A stretch of DNA of 64,000 bases. Source: Geosiphon pyriformis uo1 (taxonomy: Eukaryota > Fungi > Glomeromycota). A model generated the notes under the pieces. That model searched no databases, had not been told where the DNA came from, and was given only the letters and a program-made list of their open reading frames with translations. A program made the position numbers and the translations under genes. The stretch lies in the NCBI GenBank assembly GCA_016748015.1, contig JAAOMT010000446.1, forward strand, positions 200,758 through 264,757. The letters are read 5' to 3'. Positions 1 through 11,859 of the stretch are shown in pieces. The stretch's first letter is position 1. Each line of letters opens with the position of its first letter.

Positions 1-1216
1 GAATATATCCTTTAAATTAACTTTAAAAATAGATGCATTGCAATAATAAATCTTCTTATTCTGAAACTTATTTGTGAAAAAACGAATATAAAGTAAACTT
101 TCATTATTATTAAAAACAATTTAATATAGCTATTATATCTAAATATTTTTCTCTAATTATACTCCTTGGATATATGACTAAATTTAATTGTTGATTTAAC
201 TGGCTCAATTTGTATTCATGAACAAAAATGATCACAGAAAAATTATCTAGCTCCAATAAATGATCCAAAAAGAGCCCAATTGATCAAAAAAAGTACGCAT
301 CTTAAAATTGATTTAAGCACAAAAAAATAATGCTATTACATTATTTTGTGGTTCAATAAAAATTCCAACGTTTTGGATACATTTAAAATCCAGGTTTGGA
401 ACATAATTAATTAAAAATTCCAAATTATTGTTGATCTCTTGATAACCAACAGCCAAGAAACCTTCTTGCCTAGATATACGTTGTCACAGCAAAAGCAATG
501 GTAGAATGGCAACAAAAAGCCAAAAATAAGGATATTATAAATCTTAACACCACAAAGTTTAAGCTTTAAGAAATTTAGATAATGAGGAATGTAATTCATG
601 ATCTTTTAATAATAATGCTTCTAATAGTAATACTAACAACAAAAATTAAAGCTTAAATAAAGCTTGCATTAATTACAGTTTTGTGATTAAAAAAGTGTCT
701 TTAATTAAAATGCCAAGAATAATACTTAAAACTAGTAAATAAAATATTTTGCCACTTGTTATTATCTTAGTTCTATTATTTATTAAAATTCTATATTATT
801 TAAATATTAATTATATAGTGGTTAAACAAAAAAAATTGCTTTTGTTAAATAGTATTAAAAACTTAAAAAGAGATTTTCAATAATAAAAAAGATTATCAAG
901 ACTGAATTTAATAAAATTACTATTATCAAAATGGCAAAAAACAAGAATATTATAATAAATACTAATATAAAATTAGCATGCATTTATGCATTTGGATTAA
1001 AAAGTTATATAAAGAAAATTTCAATTGAAACATTATTTAAAGCTTTAAAAATAACTGTGTTTAACATATAACAAATTAAGTTATGTAAAATACAATTAAT
1101 TGGTCTATAACCAAACTAATTTAGCTGTCAACTAATTATTATTGTGTTATTTTGTTTTAAAAAAAATTTAAATATAATTTTAATTATCATAATTATTTAT
1201 TAGATATATTATTTTA

Positions 1217-1312
1217 AACTTAATTATTAATCAAATTAATAATTTGATTGTTAAGTTAGTTATTAACTCAATAATTAACTTAATTATTAAATTAATTATT
1301 AAGTCAATATTT
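1217..1312. repeat. Tandem array of ~8 degenerate 12-bp units (AACTTAATTATT); member of a small dispersed repeat also found at ~60102-60236
   Basis: Units read directly (aacttaattatt, aatcaaattaat, aatttgattgtt, aagttagttatt, aactcaataatt, aacttaattatt, aaattaattatt...). They are followed by tatataaacaaatctttcaaagctgtaaaaaaa, which matches tatataaataaaactttttt-aaaactgtaaaaaaa after the 60.1 kb array. Confidence 0.65.
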
Positions 1313-4300
1313 GTTTTTATTAATTATATAAACAAATCTTTCAAAGCTGTAAAAAAAATCTAAGAAAATCGAAATATTTAACTAATTATTTTAAAAAATG
1401 TTTTTAACTTTAAATTAAAGTTAAGTAATCCAGTTTTTTAATTTGTATTATTATTAAATAAATAATTTTAAAATAGTTAATATTTTTTATTAAATTCAAA
1501 AACACTTATTAAGACACAAAATTATAGCAACTATATTATTTTTACTAATAATAACAAAATATCTTCGTAAAATCCAATAAACTATAAATAATAAAATTTA
1601 AATAAAAAGATTTAATTTGTATAGTTGTTTGTCCAAAAAAATTTTATTATTTGTTTGGGTTTTTTATTTTTTATATATAAGCAAAAAATTATTGAGTTGT
1701 TAAATTAGTTTAAAAATCGATATAAAACTAACTAATAAATTTTTAATTTTTTTTAAAATAATTTCAAAATATTAATATATGTTTGATTAAATTAAATGCA
1801 GTTTGGCAAATTTATTAAACAAATAAATTGGTTAAATTTCTTTGTAATATTTATAAAAACAAATATTATTTAAAATGATACAATAATTAAATCTATTAAT
1901 TAATAAAAAAAATCACATGTAGAAAATATATAATTCAAATTTATGATAGATTTGCTATTGGTATAGATAATAAAAAGACTACATTTTGTTAAAACAATTA
2001 ATAAAAATAAATATTAAGATTAATATAAATTAATTAAGTAAATATTTAATGTTAATATAAAACTACAAAAAATTAAATCTTTGTTTAAAATAAATTTCAA
2101 AATATGAAAATTTATGTTTTAATTGTATTTATTTTAAATATTAAAACTTTTTATTAAATTTGTAAATTTTTATAAATTTGGTTATAAAAGATATATTATT
2201 ATAATTTATAATTTTATAAAACTATTAAATAATTTGTTGAATTGTATTAGTGGCTTTTTTTATGTAAACTATATAGCAAAAAAAATTTTAAAAATTTTTT
2301 AATAATATAAAATTTGTAATTATCATTATATTAATTGGTAATTGTTCTTCTTTTAAAATTTTCAAGTCATTTTATTAAGTTTTAAGATTTTTTTAATAAA
2401 AATAAAGAACTTGTATTTTAATAGTTTAAAGTAATTTCAATACTTTAAAAATTTAATAAAATATCTGGTTTTATAAAAGCCATAATAGATATTAAAGTTC
2501 ATAATAAAAAATTTGAATTACTTAAAAAAAGTTTAAAAATAAGAACAATTTAATAGTTGTTTATTTTTTATTTTTAAAAAATTTTAATCAATTATTAAAC
2601 AGTTATTTAATACTAAACTTGTTAATTTAAAACTTTAAATTCTAAAAAAAATTGGTTGAAATAATAATTAATTATTGTAATTATTAGTTAAAAAAACAAA
2701 TAATATATGCCAATATAACATATTAATAAATAAGAAAAAAATATTATACTTAAATAATTATTTATAACAATTTATTTTAATAAAAAAACATATAAAAAAA
2801 TTATAACTTTATATATAATAAAGTTTACTATAATTTATTTTAAATTTAAAAAAATATTTTTTATATTATTTTAGTTTTTAATAATATAATTCTAAACTAA
2901 ATTAAATTAATATTGTCTGTTTATACTAAATATAACCATTTTAATTATATAGTTTTAGTATATAATTTTAATATAAAAGTTTAAAAACATTTTAAAAAAA
3001 ATTATTCAAGTTTACTAAATAATAATTGGCTTATATATACGCTAAAAAACAGATTTTTATTAATTATCTTGTAAAAAAACGTGGTCACAAGTTGTTACAA
3101 ATTCAAATTTTAGTTTTATAACCAAATTTTCTATTAAAATTTTTTTTTTGAACGTTAAATTTTTTTTGTCAGATTTAAAATTTTTTAATTTATGTTTGGT
3201 TGAATTGTTTATTAATTTTATAGAACAAATAAGTTAGCAAAAAAATTAAATTTAATTAGATTAATGGTTTTTAGTTTTGTTTTAAATATAAATTATTATT
3301 AATATTTTTAATCAGAATTTAATAAAAGATATAATAATAGAAAAAAGTTTAAGTGTGTTTATTAATAACAAAATTATTAAGTTTTTAAATTGAATTAAAT
3401 AAAGTAAAAAACGCATAAATAAATTTAATAATTAAGATTATGGATTAGATAAAATACATAAATAATTTTAGTTTATTTTTAAAACTTATTAAATTTTTTT
3501 ATAACTGTAAACATATAGAAAATTGCAATATATAATATTAAAAATATAAATAATTCTATTAAAAAAAATATTATTAAATAACATAGAAATTTTAGCAATA
3601 TTATTTAATTATTACAAAAATTAAATTAAAAAACAAATTGTAAAAATTAAATAAAAGTTTTTATTTTAAGCAAAAGTATTGATTATTTTGTATTAAAAAT
3701 TGCTTTGATTATTAATAATAATGTTGTTAAGCATGTTTACAAAATTACAAAAATTAAAAGTTGGCTATTTTTAATTATGATAATTAATTTATACACAAAA
3801 GCATTTTTTTTAAAAAATAATTATGTTAATAAAAATAAACAATATTATTATTAAGATTATTAATAAATGCTTTTTTATTATTTTAGAATTAATTTTAACA
3901 AAACAATTTAAAAAGCAGTTTATTAATTAAGAAATGCAAAAATTTAAACATAAACAATATATCATTACAGAATTTAGTTTTTAAAAAGCTAAAATAATTT
4001 AATTTAAAAATATTAAAAAACTTGAATTTTTTTTTGGTTAATAAAAATTTAATTAATATAATTGTTAATTTTGTATTAATAATATTAGTAATTTTTTTAA
4101 TATTAATATTTTGGTCATTTTGGTTTTATTATTATAAGTAGTTTATTTAACATTAAACTTTCTACAGCTTAAAAAAAATCAATTAATCAAGATTTAAGAA
4201 ATTTATTTTTAATTTTGTATTAGATATTTTAAATAAGTTTGCTAAAATATAATCAATTATTAATCTGAATAGTATTTATAATATTTTATTAAAAATATTA

Positions 4301-7300
4301 ATCTATTTAGCAAATAAAAATTTTTTTTAAGTAAATTTAATACTATAATTACCCAAGTATTTTTTAAGTTTTACAATTTAAAATGTTTGATTTTTAAAAT
4401 TTTGAAAATTGTCAAGTTAAATAGTGCTTTTTTTTTTAAATATTTACTAAATATCTTAACTATATTAAATTTAAATCAAGTAATAAAATTTAGAATTTGT
4501 TTATATTAAATAGTTTTAATAAGAATTTTAAACAAATTTTGTTCAATATTATGAAATTGTTCTAATATATTTAAATAAAAATTTTAAGAATTAAACTATT
4601 ATTAAAAAATAAATAAAATTTTTTTTATTAATAAAAATTATATAGCTTGTAGTGTTTTAAAAAAAAATTTAAGAAAATTATTTGTATTATTTTACTGTAA
4701 AAAATATTATTAATTTGAATTTTAATAAGATTAAATTAAATATTATTGCTATTATTATTATTTAAATATAAAAAAACTTTTATTAATTTTAAAAAATTAA
4801 ATTGTTTTTTTGAAATATATATTAAATAATAATTTTATTAAAGTAATTAACAAAATATATTTGTTAATAAAAAAACAGTTGAATTATTAAAAATTTTAAA
4901 TAAATTTTAGAAATATAATTTGAATTTGTTATTAAATTTGCTAAATAATTTTTTAATAAGTATAAAATTTTAAATATTATACTATTTATTAAAAGTTTAA
5001 TATAATTCTAAAAAAATGATCTTAAATAAGTAATTTATTTTTTTAAATATTATATATAATTTAGTTATATAAGTTAAAAACTTTAATTAAATAGAATAAA
5101 TTAATATAAAAAAACATTAAATTAAAAACCAATTTATTTAAAAATAAATTTAGTTATAACAACCTGTTATATGAACAATTTCGAAAATAGCTTTAATTAG
5201 AATTAAAAATTTTATTAAATTTTAAAAAAATAATACATTATAATAATATGTATAATTTATTTTTATTAAATAAATTAAAGTTGAATCATTAATTATATTA
5301 GAAATAAATATAATATTTAGTTATTACAAAGTAAAAAATAAACAAATAATTAACTAAATCTTATTTAATTTTGATATTTTGTACTATTGTGTTCTAAAAG
5401 ACCACATCTACTAAAAATGTATTTTGTGTGTGATTTTTTTTTCAGTAGCAGACTTATAATGTTTGGTTTTTAAGTGTTTTTTACATTATAATACTAATAA
5501 ATTTTCAATTTGCTCAAGCTTTTTTTCTTTATTGACATCATTAACTTAATTGTTTTTCATAATTTAGTCTTGATTTTAAAGTATAGGCACTATTTTTTTA
5601 TGTTAACCAATAAATTGCCTTAACTATATTATTATCTTACTATAATTGTTATGTTTAATAATGAGTTAAACAGTTTGTTATGTAAATTTTTATACTTTAC
5701 TATATTTTTGTTTTCTCTGTACTATAAAACATAAAACATTAATAATAATTAAAAGATTTAGAATTACTATTTCATTGAAAAAATTTTTTGCAGTCTCTTA
5801 ATTCATAAAGCAAAAAGCTTTAGTAACTAAATTATTCTTTTTTTTTTTATTAGTATACTATTGTGAAAGTATTATTTGAATGTAAAATCTCATAATTTTT
5901 GAATATAACATTACTTAAAAATAATAGTGACAAACAATACTATAAGATATACTAGATAAACATAAACAAAAATAAAAAACAAAATCAACAATTTTAATAA
6001 AATATGAATATTTGCTGTTTTCTGATTATAAATCTGTAATTTTTTACACTTTTTTGATGTTTTTTTATTAATTTTAGCAATTATTAATTTTAATAAGATT
6101 TGTTTTATGTTATACAAATTTTTAATAAAATTACTATTATATTAGAATTGAAATCTTAAATATCAAAATGTTGTTAAATAAATAACTTGAAAAAATACAC
6201 TAGAAAATAAATTCCTTTATCTTAGTATAAGTATTGATATTTAATGATAATTGACTTATAATAAAGTATAAGTATTGTATCATTTCTAAATGTTTTATGA
6301 ATAAGATATAAGGTATAAGATATTAAATTATTTATTTGTTGATCTTAAAAAAAAGATTATGGTCAACTAACATAATTTTTATACAAGATAAAAATGTTTG
6401 ATGTAAATACACAAGCTTATGCTTGTTAGTTAAGATAAAAGCTTTTATTAGATAATTTTTAATATTAACATATATTTCAGTAAATTGTAATAATTATTAT
6501 TTATAAAAAATTTTTTTATATAAATTATTATAATATAGAAAAAAATTGTAAACAAAGCTTTTATATTGATTGTAAAGTTTTGCTTTAAAATTTTTTGGTA
6601 AGTTTTTATTAATGTGAAAAATTCAATAAATTTGATAAATTATTTTGTATACTTAAACAACTACTGTATCTGTTGCAAACTTAGCATTGGTAATAAATAC
6701 TAATAGTTCTGTTATTGTTGTTTTTTTTGTGTATTCTAGAATCTATTTATATAATTTGACAGTTTTATCTAATATAAAAGCTTATATAATAAGATAGAAT
6801 CTTGTGCTATTATTACAATAAATAAAAAAAAAGTAATATTTAATAATAATTGATCTTTGTTGTATTGTTATTTAGAATAATATTATGGTACTTTAACCAA
6901 AAAAAAATTTGTGCAAAAGACATTTAAAATATACAGATAAGCTATATTTTTATTAATTTCAAATTCTATGATCTATTTAGGACTATTTGATTTGTAAATT
7001 ATAAAAATTGTTAACAAGTAGAATATATTATGCTTTTTGTTGTCATAAACTTTAAATCTTTGTAATGTATTTGTAAGATCACAATCAAGAATAAATGCTG
7101 TTAAAAATTTTATTTTTAAAAATTTTTTTTGAATAATAATTAATAGATTTGCATATTCTATGAAAAATCAGATCTCCTAAAAAATATTATCTGAAATTTT
7201 TTGATATGTTAAAACATATTTTTTAGTGTTAAAATATAATAGATAATTATGTGTATTGTTAAAAATAGTAAGAGTTATTTTGCATAAGTTTTTGGTACAG

Positions 7301-7689
7301 TTAATATTAAAATATTAACTATATCTTTAATATTTTGATTTAATATTCTAATAATTTTAAATATTAATCTTTTTTTGGTTTGTATTGGCTGCCAAATTTG
7401 CATTTAAAAGTGCAATGTTTAATACTACTGTTTGGATGTTATTTTAATTTTTTTAAATAAATCTAAATCTTTTTTATTTACTATAAATCTTTATAATTAT
7501 ATTAATATTTTTTTATATTTTAAAAGCATAACTAATACAAAGATTTATAACTAAATAAATATAAAAAAATTTGATGCTAAATATGACTGAAATTATAACT
7601 AAAAATTTTATCTCTATTTATATATACTTGGTTACTTAATTAAGATAAGTTTTTATTAACATAATTTTAAAATCTGATTTTATAAACAA

Positions 7690-8646
7690 ATCTGTTTCTT
7701 TGAGGGTTAGGATTACTTCTGCTAGTAAGAAAAATGTGCTGAGTGTTTTAAATTCTGATAAGTTTTTTAATGTTTGTGATAGTTTACTGAAGGTGTGGTC
7801 TGATTGCATTGAGATTTATACAGATGAATTCTTAAAATGTGCTGGTTCTGCTGAAGTGACAAGTGGAGCAGCTGCATACTTTCTGGCTGCAGATGCTGAT
7901 ATTAGAATTAGAATGGCTGGGCTTTTGTCTTCTACTTTGACTGAGTTGCAAGCTGTGGGACTGGCATTGGAATGTGTTTCATCTTTGTGCTTAGTGGTCT
8001 TGTACTTGGATAGTCAAGCTGCAATTGATGTCTGTATCTCTGAGGCTTCTGTTACTATGCTCGACTTCCATAACCAATGTTAGATTGAAAGATTGCATAT
8101 AGATAATCTCCTTGAAAGTAAAAATATTTCTATTAAGTGTGTGAAAATTAAAGATCATTTAGATGTGTTGGGCAATATTAGGGCTAATGCATTGGCTAAT
8201 GAAACAACTTCCTTGTTTTTTTCTATGCTGGTGAGAATTTGGGAGAGGTTTTTGGTCACTAAAAAAACTGCTATATCTGGCAATACTTGTCATTTTTTTT
8301 GAGACTTATACTGGTTGATATGTCATGCCCATTGGGAGGCTAGTCCAGATTTTAATGTAATTTTGGATGTTATGATTAAAAAAATAGATTGGAAGGCTAC
8401 TGCAATGATCTGGCACCCTAATTCACACATGCTTTCTGAATTCACCAGTAGAAAGTCAGCCAATTTGTGCACATACTTGATGAAAGTTATATACAAATGG
8501 CTGCCAATTGTGGTTAGAAAGAGATTGTATAACAAAAGTTATTCTGAAGTATTGTGCTTACTGTGTGGTGAGGTGGAGTTGTCTAATCATGTTTTTATTT
8601 GTTCTGGTAACTCTGGTCTCTGCAGGGACATTTTGGTTAAAGCTGC
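7690..8646 (+). mobile_element. Non-LTR retrotransposon (LINE-1), 5'-truncated, left part: RNase H and C-terminal Zn-binding region of ORF2 (pseudogenised)
   Basis: ORFs 7700-8704 show RNase H motifs (IYTD, ELQAV, YLDSQAAI, KIKDH, GNIRANALA) and CLLCGEVELSNHVFIC. Collinear with LINE-2 ORF2 at 36970-37800. The frame resumes at 28373 after the LTR insertion (LVKAA|EK...). The 5' boundary is approximate. Confidence 0.85.
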
Positions 8647-9629
8647 TGTTACTAATGGTTTTTGGTCTCTTTTTTTAAATGTTGTTAATGTTGATTTGTT
8701 GTGAATTCATGTTTCCAGAAAGTAGTTAGACCTCCAGTAACTGAATTTATCTTCAAATTATCTTCTATAATTTAAACTTGCTGGGCTTATAAGTGGAATA
8801 GCCAATTTTGTGCCAGTTGCTTTATGTAGTTATATTGTAGTAAACGTTAACTCTTTTCTAGGAATTGCTCATCTGGAAGCTCACTAAAAATATGTAGTTA
8901 CTTTGCTGTGAAAGTCAACTCTTCTACAGGAATCTCGTCTGTAGGCTACCCTAATGATTGTAATAAGAAAAAAAAAGAAAAATAAAAGAAATATAAAAGA
9001 AATAGGATTTTATCAAGAGAAACGTTTTTCTATTCAGGCCTGGAGTCACTAACAGTTTACTGAAATTGGTAGCTAATTAATTTCGAAATGTTAGTTGGGT
9101 TTTTGGAGGTTTTTCCAAGTACAATAATTAAAGAATTTGGTTTTTCGAATTATTTGATATTTATTTCTTTTTGTGTATATAGGAATAGTTTTAAGAGATA
9201 AATCTAAAGTAAGATATATTTTCTTGAAGAGAAATGCTCTTCTTTTATATAACTTGTTATAACACTATTCTATGAACTTGAACTTTGCTATTTTCTACAA
9301 TTTCGCTGAACTAAAGATACATTTCGGTGAACTACAAGTTATTTCTGTGAATTATTAGATATTTCGGTGAACTATCAATTATTTTGGCGAATTTCTACAA
9401 ATTTTGGCAAACTTTTGAATGTTACATAGTTCGGAGTATTGCATGATTTGATTATCGCAATTAGGTTACATTTGTGTTGTGTACAAATTGGGTTATTAAT
9501 TAAATGATAATTTCGGACATTTTGCTAATGTAATAAGTGATAATTTGAAACAATAATATATGCTAATTAATGATAGGATTTATAAGATAATTTCATGCTA
9601 AATAATATCTCTAATTTTGTCTGGTAATA
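8647..9629 (-). repeat. 3' LTR of element A
   Basis: Begins tgttac and ends ctggtaata (C>T of gtaaca); adjacent PPT; shares diagnostic bases with 27396-28368. Confidence 0.93.
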
Positions 9630-10317
9630 TAACCTCCTCTTTAAGACTGAGCTCCATCAAAGTCCAAGTACTGTCTGTAATTTTCAGATAATAATCCAAA
9701 ATTATTGAAGAAATTTGGTCTGAAAATTGTTGAAATTTCAGTTTTGTGAGCTTTCCAATGTATTGAATCTTTAAAGACTGTAAAATTGGGTTTTGTAGGA
9801 CATTTTCACAGGTGTAGAATAGATCATAAAGTCTAAGAGCAGCTCTGAGCTTGTAGCGACTGTTTATTGGTCTAGCTGTTGTCTTGAATTCATTGTGGAG
9901 TTGTTTCTGAATAGCTTCTTTTGTGAAGTTTGCTGTTGTAAGTTCCAGTTTCTGTTCGTAGAGTGTTTTTCCAATGTGGAAATATTTATAGATTAGAGGA
10001 TATTCAGTGTTTTTCTCATTGAAACACAGTTGAAATCTTTGTTGAATTGTAGCATTTGGTGGAATACTAATCAGAGTGAGCATTAGGTTTTCTCTTAAAG
10101 CAAGCTTTAAAAGTTTTGGCAGGTGAATTCCAGAATAATTTCTTGTGTTTTTCTTATATGAGTGATATTTTCGTAAATTTGGGGCTAAATTTGTAACTAC
10201 TTTTGTTTGGGTATAATTAATGTGGTTTCCAGTAACAGTAATGGATAATTCGGGTATTGTTTTTAAAGCTAACATTAGTTTTTGGGATAATTGTTGAATG
10301 TTTTGAGGAATAGTCAT
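9598..10317 (-). CDS. ORF3 of element A: 239-aa protein of unknown function, intact frame, overlapping the PPT and U3
   Basis: Open ATG-to-stop frame, highly similar to B ORF3, with homologues in C and D. No evident signal peptide or TM segment. Confidence 0.75.
   Translation of the reverse strand: MTIPQNIQQLSQKLMLALKTIPELSITVTGNHINYTQTKVVTNLAPNLRKYHSYKKNTRNYSGIHLPKLLKLALRENLMLTLISIPPNATIQQRFQLCFNEKNTEYPLIYKYFHIGKTLYEQKLELTTANFTKEAIQKQLHNEFKTTARPINSRYKLRAALRLYDLFYTCENVLQNPILQSLKIQYIGKLTKLKFQQFSDQISSIILDYYLKITDSTWTLMELSLKEEVILPDKIRDII
9630..9645 (-). other. Polypurine tract of element A
   Basis: Minus strand cttaaagaggaggtta directly upstream of the 3' LTR. Confidence 0.85.
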
Positions 10318-10422
10318 TATAAGAGATTTAAAATAAAAGAAAATTATTTTTGGTGTATGGGTTTTTATGTTATTTTTGTTTTGATTGTTTCTAAATTATA
10401 AGGGAATAACTAGTAAAATTAA

Positions 10423-11808
10423 TTAAGTGTTCAGATTGGAAGATTGTTCAATGACAACTATTGGTTCTAAGTTTCAGGAAATATCTTCGAAATTGACTAA
10501 AAGGGAATGTATATCAATTTGTGGAATTAATAGTTCAGAATTGTTTCTGGAATGATAGTGTTTCAAACAATCTCCATGTGCAACTTTTGCTAGGATTTTG
10601 TCATCAAATCTTAGCTTGTATGATCCGTTGCTTAGAACTTCATGGATAAAGAATGGTCCATTCCATTTATTTTCAAATTTTCCACTCCATTGTTTTTTAG
10701 CTTTAGTTCTATGTAAGAGAACTTTGTTTCTGATTTTAAATTCATTGGTGACTGAAGGCAATTTGTTATCATGCCATTCTTTTTGTCAAGCTTGGGAGTG
10801 TTCAATATGGATGGCTGCTATTCGTTGTTTTTCTTTCAATGTGCTTAGCAAAGTGTAGGCTCTTTACTGAAGCATTTCTTGGAAATTGTTTTCATTAATT
10901 GGTTGTGTTGGGTATGTTTCCACTGTGAAACTAATTGGTAATGTTGCTGTCCTTCCATAAGTTAAATCAAATAGTATGTGTTTTGTGGTATCTTGTTTTA
11001 GTGTTCTGTATGCTAGCAACACTAATGAAATAAAGATATCCCACTCTTGCTTAAAATTGGTTGAGACTTTGGCTAATAACTCACACAATGTTCTGTTAAA
11101 ATGTTCTACAAGTCCATTTGTTTGTGGATGGTAGGGCGAAGACAGAGGTCTTTTGACATTGAATTGTTCCCAAATTTTTTGTATCAGGTTGTTCACAAAG
11201 TGTGTTCCCTGATCAGATAAAAGTTCAATTGGACATCTATGTCTACAAATGATGTTTTTATAGATGAAATTTGCTATTGATTTTGCATCTGCTCATTGAA
11301 TGGCTCTGGCTTTGGGCCATTTAGTAAGATAGTCTAAAGCTACTGCAATATAATGGTTTCCTTGAGTAGTAATAGATAGTGGTTCAACTAAATCAATACC
11401 AACTCAGTCAAAGAGTTGTTCAACTTTGATTGGATTTAATGGTTCAGTAGGGCATGTTCCTTTTCTTCTTTGACAACTATCACAAAATTCAACATATTCA
11501 TGAATGTCTTTCCTCATTCGAGGCCAAAAGTAGTATTCTAGTGTTTTTTGGGTGGTGCTATTTTTTCCGAAGTGTGCTAATGAAGAATCTGAGTGTATGT
11601 TGTATAATATGGTCTCTTTTTTCTGTTTTTGTATTAATCTGAGTGGTTTGTTTGGGTTTTTGAAATTTCGATGATAAATAATGTTATTGTGTAGAAAATA
11701 TTGTTTGGCTTATTGTTGTAGTCAATGTTTTTCATCTGGAGACCAATCTGTTGGGATTGTTAATGTTTCCAAATATTGTTTAAGATTATTGTAGTTTTCC
11801 AAATTCAT
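10423..11808 (-). pseudogene. Integrase ORF of element A (HHCC zinc finger, DDE core, GPY/F module), with internal stops
   Basis: YHPQTNGLVEHFNRTL, WNGPFFIHEVLSNGSYKL; own ATG at 11808. Confidence 0.9.
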
Positions 11809-11859
11809 TGTTTGTTGGTTGTTTTAATTGGTTAAGTTGAGTGTTGGTTTTTGTGTTTT

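Noticed and set aside
190-620. Slightly GC-richer patch with a 62-aa minus-strand ORF (411-599), a possible host membrane-protein fragment
   Set aside because: Stops in all frames, no recognisable motif and no supportable exon structure.
5911-6117. Short ORFs in AT deserts (also 29025-29210 and 29594-29779)
   Set aside because: K/I/L/F/N-rich translations typical of chance ORFs in very AT-rich DNA.
6100-7450. Possible eroded coding sequence with a faint helicase-C-like pattern near 6660-6810
   Set aside because: Too degenerate to support without a profile search.
9300-9420. 20-bp periodic repeats as a CRISPR-like array
   Set aside because: No unique spacers and no cas genes; they are internal U3 repeats present in every family-A LTR.
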